This document shows positions 47,441-53,795 of a stretch of DNA of 53,795 bases, in pieces. This DNA comes from a virus. Lineage: Duplodnaviria; Caudoviricetes. Positions within the stretch are counted from its first letter, which is position 1. Each line of letters starts with the position of its first letter. The notes beneath the pieces were generated by a model that saw only the letters and a list, made by a program, of their open reading frames with translations, ran no database searches and had not been told where the DNA came from. Position numbers and translations under genes: made by a program. The stretch lies in the IMG/VR virus record IMGVR_UViG_3300026926_000001, positions 1-53,795 of that record; one strand, written 5' to 3'.

Positions 47441-48923
47441 GAATTATCTCCAGTTCCATTTCTACGTAGGCTTGTCTTCTTTCGTACCATTGATTGCGTA
47501 AGACGCGCGGTTCGTCCACGTAATCACGGACGATAACATCTCTCTTTCCTGGATGGATACGTTGAATGCGTCCAACTTGTTGCGCAATCTTACCTTGTGC
47601 CCTTGTGGGAAACACAAGGTGAAGCCTGTCGAGGCGCGGGATATCGAGGCCCTCGTCTGCCAACTTAGTTCCAAATAGTACGCGCAGATCGCCCTTTCGA
47701 GCAGCCTGGATAGCCGCCGTCCTTTCTTTCTTTGTACGACCGATAGTACGTGTGATATTTCCGTGCTTATCTTTCTTAGTCCCCCCGGCGATAAGGAGTT
47801 CTTGGGCAATGTCAGGTCTACGCTCTTGTAAAGCCCTTGCCAGGAGAGCGAGGTGGTCGATTTGCTGAGATAGGACAAGTTGGACGTGGTTGCCGCTGTC
47901 GTGGTCTCGGATGATGTTCTCGATGATTTGGGCATTTCTTCTTCTATCATGCACAAGAGAACGCACCATGGAGTGCCATTGCTGCATGTTGCTGTACGGG
48001 TAGGTAAAGCCCGTGTCATGAACCATCACGACAGGGTCAACAATGAGTCCCGCACGCTTTAGCGCCCTACGTTGTACCTTGGCAATAACTGGCCCACAGA
48101 TGGCGTACAGCAGTCCCTGCAGATTGTCTTCACGTCTTGGCGTCGCAGTAGCGCCAAAGCGATAGTATGCGGGAAACTGCGTCATTACCTCTTGAAAGCA
48201 AGCCGCAGGACAATGATGTGCTTCATCAAGTATCACCATACCCCACTGCCGGAGGAAATCGTCATCCAGTTCACGCCTCGCCAATGTCATTACGCTGGCA
48301 AGCGTGATCTGCTTTACATCGTAAGTATCGCCCTGTATCAGCCCAGGCTCATAGTCAAGAAGACTGTGGCAATAATCTTGCCATTGCTTGAGAAGATCAT
48401 CAGTATGAGCAAGTATGATCGTTGGTTGTCCCAATTCCGCAACAACGTACAGTAGCATAACTGTCTTACCTGACCCGCAAGGAGCCTCGAGAACACCCTG
48501 ATGCCCATAGTCATCATGCAATAAGTCCTCTACGGCTGGCCGTTGTGGAGCCCATAGTTCAATGTTGTGCGGTAATGGCTTGCTCGGATAGAGAATCCTT
48601 TCGTCTACCCATTCTACTTCCAGATTGTTCTCCCTACACAATCTTTCGAAGTCGGGTACAAATTCTCTCGCGATCTCGTACGTATCGTTATCTTCATTGT
48701 TCTGAATACCGTATATGTGCTTCGGGATATCTATCCACTCGCGTCTACTCTTATCCCAGTAGCGCGTAGGCTGCTTCCGAAATATACGGTCATTATACTC
48801 AGGGTTATCCCACGTAAGATGGGATATCAATGCCCTGAATAACACGGGAGGTACTTGCGATCTAGGCAGGACCAGTTTTCCTCCCACCGTTGCAGTTATC
48901 TTTTGCCTGGACTGTCTAGCCAT
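47418..48923 (-). CDS. Superfamily 2 DEAH helicase
   Basis: APCGSGKT, DEAHH, ATATP, EGLDIP, QQVGRIQR; start set at ATG 48923 by promoter position. Confidence 0.9.
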   Translation of the reverse strand: MARQSRQKITATVGGKLVLPRSQVPPVLFRALISHLTWDNPEYNDRIFRKQPTRYWDKSRREWIDIPKHIYGIQNNEDNDTYEIAREFVPDFERLCRENNLEVEWVDERILYPSKPLPHNIELWAPQRPAVEDLLHDDYGHQGVLEAPCGSGKTVMLLYVVAELGQPTIILAHTDDLLKQWQDYCHSLLDYEPGLIQGDTYDVKQITLASVMTLARRELDDDFLRQWGMVILDEAHHCPAACFQEVMTQFPAYYRFGATATPRREDNLQGLLYAICGPVIAKVQRRALKRAGLIVDPVVMVHDTGFTYPYSNMQQWHSMVRSLVHDRRRNAQIIENIIRDHDSGNHVQLVLSQQIDHLALLARALQERRPDIAQELLIAGGTKKDKHGNITRTIGRTKKERTAAIQAARKGDLRVLFGTKLADEGLDIPRLDRLHLVFPTRAQGKIAQQVGRIQRIHPGKRDVIVRDYVDEPRVLRNQWYERRQAYVEMELEIIRENQRTR

Positions 48924-48935
48924 TGGTGTGCTTTT

Positions 48936-48964
48936 ATTATAGCTAATCTCAGCGTCGCGAGCAA
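48936..48964 (-). promoter_or_regulatory. Sigma70-like promoter for helicase operon
   Basis: TTGCTC-N17-TATAAT, 12 nt before ATG. Confidence 0.8.
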
Positions 48965-49067
48965 TCTGTAAACCTGAACGTAAATCTACTTTTTTGGATG
49001 CAACTGGGAACGTCCTGGCTGCTAAAATGTAGCGTGCCAAAAAAGACGGGTCTTGGGCAGCCAATCT

Positions 49068-49976
49068 ATGACTAGAAACCAACGCCTCGTGCTGGTGTGG
49101 TTTCAAGAACATTGCAGTGTGCGTGGCATAGTCAGGGTAAGCAGCCCTGAGATCGGTTTGATATTCGGTTGGTCGCACCAGTATACCCAAAAGATCCTTA
49201 ATGCTCTTTTAGAGTCTGAGGATCTTGTGTTGCTTCAACGGGGTAGCGGCCAAAGAGCAGCAAAGTATCTGGTTCCGTCAATTAGCTGCAACCAACAAGA
49301 GCTAGCTGCAACCAATTCTGTTTCCACTAGCCAACCCCCCAGGAGTGTCGCCCGCCACGTTCCTAGTTGCAACCAAAAGACGTCAAAAGAGCCACAAAAT
49401 ACACTCTTCCAAAAAAGTGTTGGCCCTTTAGGTAATGCACTAGGTAAGGATAAGGATAGGGAATATGCGTACCAGAGCGAACATATACGTAATGGTACCG
49501 TATTCGATAACGTACCGAGTAACCTGAAGCGCGTTAAGAAGAAGAGTTCTCCATTCAAACGCTTTCGTATACATTGCGAAAATGTGAGACAATGGTCTGG
49601 CCCTGACTTCGTCTGCTATTTCTCCTTTTGTCACCGGGTAAAGTACGGAGAAATGCCTACCATAAACTGGAAGATGGAATGTGGGGCAGCTAACACCTTA
49701 CTGAAGAGATTGGGTGGAGAACGCTGGAAACTCAAGGTATTCCTTCAGCAATCATTCTTGTTTCTCAAGCGTAAGCCCAACGGATTACGTACACTTACCA
49801 ATGATTACGTCTTCCGTGACATTATTGCTCAGAGATATACCGAAGACGAGCTGGATGAATATGCCGATGACTATGTCTTTCCATGGCTCTACGAGAAAAT
49901 GAAGCGAGAAAGTTTAGCAGCTTCAAGAGAGGCCAACGCACGATCAATCCGACGGTCTCTGGGCATCTACGACTAA
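49068..49976 (+). CDS. Putative replication initiator (N-terminal wHTH)
   Basis: wHTH-like N-terminus, internal DNA repeats, upstream of DnaB/DnaG. Confidence 0.6.
   Translation: MTRNQRLVLVWFQEHCSVRGIVRVSSPEIGLIFGWSHQYTQKILNALLESEDLVLLQRGSGQRAAKYLVPSISCNQQELAATNSVSTSQPPRSVARHVPSCNQKTSKEPQNTLFQKSVGPLGNALGKDKDREYAYQSEHIRNGTVFDNVPSNLKRVKKKSSPFKRFRIHCENVRQWSGPDFVCYFSFCHRVKYGEMPTINWKMECGAANTLLKRLGGERWKLKVFLQQSFLFLKRKPNGLRTLTNDYVFRDIIAQRYTEDELDEYADDYVFPWLYEKMKRESLAASREANARSIRRSLGIYD
49283..49376 (+). repeat. Iteron-like repeats TAGYTGCAACCAA x3 (candidate origin)
   Basis: Copies at 49283, 49303, 49364. Confidence 0.7.
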
Positions 49977-49977
49977 C

Positions 49978-50006
49978 TGGCATCCCAAACCTGGGACGGT
50001 TATACT
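49978..50006 (+). promoter_or_regulatory. Promoter for helicase/primase
   Basis: TGGCAT-N17-TATACT. Confidence 0.65.
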
Positions 50007-50051
50007 GTAGGGTGCAGCCAAACAAAGAGACTGAAGCTGCCAGGAGAAGAA

Positions 50052-51377
50052 ATGGCTACTAGCGAAGATTTGCTTATTAGTGCGATTGTGCGGCATAGCC
50101 GTGGCCCAGGTAGAGGCGTAGGTGCTGCATCTCGCCTGGGTGCTACCGACCAGTTGTTCATGCGCCGCAAGCCAGAGTGGATCTGGCTGCAAGAGCACAG
50201 AGCAGCAAGCAAAGAGACATTCAAGGCACGATTTCCTAACTTCCGTGTAATCGTAACGGACCCAGAGGAAATGTCTCTGTTGGTAGCGCAAGCACAGCGC
50301 ACCAAGGCAGAGTACGACATGGGTAAGATGTTCGAGCGTGCTATGCGGCGTCTTGGCCGTGTAGAACCTACTACGCTGGCGGCAGATCTTGAGGGTGAGC
50401 TACGTAACATCCTTCAGACATACGCCCGTGGTGAGGACATCGACATCTTCGGCAACTGGCAGCACACCTACAATCACGTGAAGAGAGCGCATGATCAAGT
50501 AGCTGCTGGTGAGTCCATTGGGTACCCGTTTGGGATACCAACCCTGGACAAAATCACGGGTGGCATGCAAGGCCCAGACCTGATTACCATTGTGGCACGC
50601 CAGGGTGAGTTCAAGACGTGGATGTCTCTGTACTTCGCCACACGGGCTGCTATTGATGGTGCCAAAGTCCTGTACGCCAGCTTGGAGATGTCACCAGCCC
50701 AGATCGGTATGCGTGTACAAACGCTGCTGAACAACATGCTGGCCGCGTCTGCCAAAGACGAGTTCCAAGACCGCTTCAGCAACATGGGCATGATGATGGG
50801 TGCCGTAGACCTGCGTAAGTACAGACGCTTTCTAATCCGTGCCAAGAAGCACCTGAAGTCTGGGTTCATCACACCCAATGCACAGGGTGGCTTTAGCATG
50901 GCAACGATGGTTGCCAAGTGCGAACAGCACGAGCCGAACATTGCGTTCTTCGACTACTTCGGCTTGGGTGTGGGCAACGACGTGGTACGCGGTGGAGACA
51001 ACTGGATCCAGGCAGTGCAGACCAGCCGCATGGCTAAGCACAACATTGCCATGAAGTTCGACATCCCGTTCGTCTTGAACGCGCAGGCCAATCGCAAGGG
51101 TGTAGAGGCTCAGGACGCACCAGAGCTTGACCATATCTCGCTGACAGATGCCTTGGGTGCAGACAGCGACCAGGTGTTGTCACTGCGCTACCGTGCAGGT
51201 GATCTCAAGATGGTGGTGAAGAAGAACAGGCGTGGGCGCACTGGTGACACCATCAAGTTTGACCTGGACATTGACAATGGCTTGATCGAAGAAGTTAGTG
51301 TGGCACGTCGTGGGCGTGGTACTGGTAGAGTTATTGAAGCACAGTACCGTGTTACCGACGAAGAGTCCGATGACTAG
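50052..51377 (+). CDS. dnaB: DnaB-like replicative helicase (SF4)
   Basis: ARQGEFKT Walker A, SLEM, FFDY, AQANR, DSD, KNRRG. Confidence 0.9.
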   Translation: MATSEDLLISAIVRHSRGPGRGVGAASRLGATDQLFMRRKPEWIWLQEHRAASKETFKARFPNFRVIVTDPEEMSLLVAQAQRTKAEYDMGKMFERAMRRLGRVEPTTLAADLEGELRNILQTYARGEDIDIFGNWQHTYNHVKRAHDQVAAGESIGYPFGIPTLDKITGGMQGPDLITIVARQGEFKTWMSLYFATRAAIDGAKVLYASLEMSPAQIGMRVQTLLNNMLAASAKDEFQDRFSNMGMMMGAVDLRKYRRFLIRAKKHLKSGFITPNAQGGFSMATMVAKCEQHEPNIAFFDYFGLGVGNDVVRGGDNWIQAVQTSRMAKHNIAMKFDIPFVLNAQANRKGVEAQDAPELDHISLTDALGADSDQVLSLRYRAGDLKMVVKKNRRGRTGDTIKFDLDIDNGLIEEVSVARRGRGTGRVIEAQYRVTDEESDD

Positions 51378-51392
51378 CAGGTCGATGATTGA

Positions 51393-52382
51393 GTGCGATA
51401 TACGGATAAGCCGCAGCCACTAGATGACCTGGAGATCAACGTACCTCAGGTATTGGAGCGCCTGCGGCTAGAAGGTGAGGTCATACAGCAAGAGTTCGTA
51501 ACACCATGTGTATTTCACGGAGAGACTGGCGCACCTAATCTCGAGATAAACACCCGCACAGGACTGTGGCACTGTTGGGTGTGTGGTGAGAAAGGCAACC
51601 TGCCGCGTTTGGTTATGCTACTGCGCAGCACAAGCTACCGAGAAGCAGTAGACATTATCAGCGAGTTCGGCAGTATGCTGGATATAGCCAGTGTGCGCAA
51701 ACGCCTAGCTGCACAGCTAGATACAATCCTGAACCCGCCTACGCATCGCTTTGAACCTATCGACATCACAAGGTACCGGAAGGGAAAGTCGTGGTGGTGG
51801 TATAATGGGATCCCTTACGGGAGATTCACTCGGGAAACTGTCCGGCGATTTAGTCTCGGATATGACGGTGTCTCTAAGCGCGCGGTTATCCCTGTTAGAG
51901 CAGAGGGTAAGTGGGTTGGAGTCATCCGAAGAGCAGTCAACCAGGGACAGCGTCCAAGATATCTATACTCTGAGGGTTTTGATCGCCGCCACGTCCTGTA
52001 CGGCTTGCCGCACGTCCATTCGGGATATGATAGCGTCGTTGTTGTCGAAGGTGCTAAAGATGCACTCCGCGCATACGAGCACGGCTTTGGAAACTTCGTT
52101 GCGACACTGGGAACAGGGCTTACTCGAGAACAACTAGCGTTACTGTATGATCGCTTTGATGAAGTGACTGTATTCTGCGACAATGATGGTCCAGGGCACA
52201 TTGCTCAGTTCAAGATGTGCCAGCAATTGGCAGAGTACATTCCCCGTGTGTTTGTGGTACAATGGCGGGTAAATCGCAAAGATCCAAACGAACTAACTGC
52301 GGGGACGATGCACAAGATGCTTGCGGGGCGTGTGCATTGGGCGCAACTGATTGAACCAGACTACGATCCGTACGGCAAGTAG
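51393..52382 (+). CDS. dnaG: DnaG-like DNA primase
   Basis: CVFH...CWVC zinc finger; VVEGAKD, DNDGPG TOPRIM, KDPNE. Confidence 0.9.
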   Translation: MRYTDKPQPLDDLEINVPQVLERLRLEGEVIQQEFVTPCVFHGETGAPNLEINTRTGLWHCWVCGEKGNLPRLVMLLRSTSYREAVDIISEFGSMLDIASVRKRLAAQLDTILNPPTHRFEPIDITRYRKGKSWWWYNGIPYGRFTRETVRRFSLGYDGVSKRAVIPVRAEGKWVGVIRRAVNQGQRPRYLYSEGFDRRHVLYGLPHVHSGYDSVVVVEGAKDALRAYEHGFGNFVATLGTGLTREQLALLYDRFDEVTVFCDNDGPGHIAQFKMCQQLAEYIPRVFVVQWRVNRKDPNELTAGTMHKMLAGRVHWAQLIEPDYDPYGK

Positions 52383-52383
52383 C

Positions 52384-52412
52384 TTGCTCCACAAACTTGG
52401 GACGGGTACAGT
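52384..52412 (+). promoter_or_regulatory. Promoter for SSB
   Basis: TTGCTC-N17-TACAGT. Confidence 0.65.
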
Positions 52413-52447
52413 TTGTTGGTAGGCCAAATTTGGTCTGAGGAGAAACA

Positions 52448-53470
52448 ATGGCAGTAGCTAAGAAGGGCTCGTTCTCACGTAATGGGAATGGGCGCAACGA
52501 TGAAGCGCCAGCCAAGATCAAAGTGCGCACCATGACGCATGATGATGCGGCCAGCATGAAGGATTCAGCTAAACAGATGCCTAGTGTGCGGCTGACCTTC
52601 AAGGAGGGCGAAGCGCGGACGGTGCGGTTCCTGCATGAGCCGTTTGACCGTAGGAACCCGTGGGTGGAATACTACGAGCACTACGTTCCTGGTGCAGGAG
52701 GAGGCAACGGAGCATATGTTCCGTGCATTGAGAATTGCCGTCTGGATGGCGATGTTCGTGCTGGTAAGCGATGGTATGTTAACGTCTGGGATCGAGACAG
52801 CAAGCAGGTACGTCTTCTGAAGCTCACCGGTGCGATGGTCGAGAACCTGATTATCAAGTTCGAGCGCCGTGGCACCATCCTGGACCGCGACTACAGCATT
52901 ACTCGGACAGGGGAGGGTACGGACACCAAGTACCATATCGAGGCGGAGGAGAAGGAACGCTTCGACCAGCGCAACATCAAGCTGATCGACATTGTTCAGT
53001 ATCTCGACCAACAGGCCCAAAGCTACTACGGTGGTAGCCGTGGGCTGAAAGCACGCTCATCTAGCATTGACGATGACGATGATGAGGATGTGGAGGACGT
53101 GGAGGATACCGAAGACGAGGAAGACGAAGATGAAGATGAAGCTCCTCGTCGTCGCAAACCAGCCGCTAAGCCCCGTGGTCGTCGTGCTGACCCAGATGAG
53201 GATGATGACGAAGAAGACGAAGGGGAATCGTCTGAAGAAGACGATGAGGAAGACGAAGAAGAAGAACGCCCTGCGCGAGGCCGAAAACCAGCAACAGCCC
53301 GAGGGAGGAAAGCAGCAGCAGTAGAAGACGATGATGATGAGGACGAAGACGGGGAAGACGATTCCGACGAGGACGATGAAGACGAAGAGGAAGAAGCGCC
53401 ACGACGGAAGACTGTCAAAAGTTCGTCCAGTTCTGCGGCGACCAAACGCCCCCTCGGCCGCCGACGCTGA
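52448..53470 (+). CDS. Single-stranded DNA-binding protein (gp32-like) with long acidic tail
   Basis: GE..TVRFL, YYEHY, RDYSITRTGEG.DT.Y; D/E-rich C-terminus. Confidence 0.7.
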   Translation: MAVAKKGSFSRNGNGRNDEAPAKIKVRTMTHDDAASMKDSAKQMPSVRLTFKEGEARTVRFLHEPFDRRNPWVEYYEHYVPGAGGGNGAYVPCIENCRLDGDVRAGKRWYVNVWDRDSKQVRLLKLTGAMVENLIIKFERRGTILDRDYSITRTGEGTDTKYHIEAEEKERFDQRNIKLIDIVQYLDQQAQSYYGGSRGLKARSSSIDDDDDEDVEDVEDTEDEEDEDEDEAPRRRKPAAKPRGRRADPDEDDDEEDEGESSEEDDEEDEEEERPARGRKPATARGRKAAAVEDDDDEDEDGEDDSDEDDEDEEEEAPRRKTVKSSSSSAATKRPLGRRR

Positions 53471-53512
53471 GTATTTCGATCGGATTGAGCAAGAACGTTA
53501 AATCTTAGTGGG

Positions 53513-53542
53513 TTGCAGGCCGACAGTCAAGTGTGCCATAAT
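53513..53542 (+). promoter_or_regulatory. Promoter overlapped by an inverted repeat
   Basis: TTGCAG-N18-CATAAT; GGCCGACA/TGTCGGCC. Confidence 0.55.
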
Positions 53543-53577
53543 TTGGTTGTCGGCCCATGCAGCCAGGGAGAAAAGAA

Positions 53578-53781
53578 ATGGCAGTCTTAGAAGAAGGCCA
53601 GGAACTATTCGACGGGTATTGCATGAAGTGCCGCGTAAAAGTACGCAACTTGCGAGGGAGGTACCGCACCACACCCAACAAGCGCGGCATCATCGAAGGC
53701 AATCATACCCGATGTGGTACAAAGGTGGTCAAGATCACCAAACTAAGAGACGAACCCAAGAAAAAGAAAGTAGTGGCATAG
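53578..53781 (+). CDS. Small zinc-ribbon protein (DUF5679-like)
   Basis: YCMKC...G.H..CGTKV.KI; SD GGGAG. Confidence 0.65.
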   Translation: MAVLEEGQELFDGYCMKCRVKVRNLRGRYRTTPNKRGIIEGNHTRCGTKVVKITKLRDEPKKKKVVA

Positions 53782-53795
53782 CACAACAATGACAC

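Noticed and set aside
48924-49190. N-terminal extension of the SF2 helicase in the ORF track
   Set aside because: Overlaps the divergent gene and a consensus promoter; ATG 48923 fits better
49184-49193. Further CCCAAAAG as a frameshift site
   Set aside because: Wrong codon phase (ACC CAA AAG) and mid-gene; the copy at ~1965 is intergenic
1-53795. tRNA/rRNA genes, integrase, alternative genetic code
   Set aside because: None seen by eye; all three stop codons end intact genes normally

Overview
The window is a 53.8-kb segment of a tailed dsDNA phage with a contractile tail. It reads left to right as: (1) ~5.2 kb of small + strand early-type hypothetical genes behind a conserved promoter; (2) a ~3-kb unusual region (5.3-8.2 kb) with a tandem promoter-like array, a GATC cluster, eight palindromes in exact 23-bp register and a compositionally odd Ala-rich zinc-ribbon gene; (3) a UDG-fold gene; (4) a complete morphogenesis module (TerS/TerL, DUF935-type portal, Mu-type protease/scaffold, lambda-E-like capsid, PBSX/Xkd-like sheath, tube, chaperone, tape measure, baseplate, several fibre/receptor-binding genes); (5) a lysis-like cassette with a C39-type peptidase; (6) a leftward block with a structured RNA and an SF2 helicase; (7) a rightward replication block (initiator-like, DnaB, DnaG, SSB). 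The best leads are two -1 frameshift sites sharing the heptamer C-CCA-AAA-G (a tail fibre and the putative lysin), a ~132-nt multi-helix RNA with a possible kissing loop, and the promoter/palindrome array island. All family calls come from motif recognition by eye; no database search was run. The host is unknown; a monoderm such as Chloroflexota is inferred.
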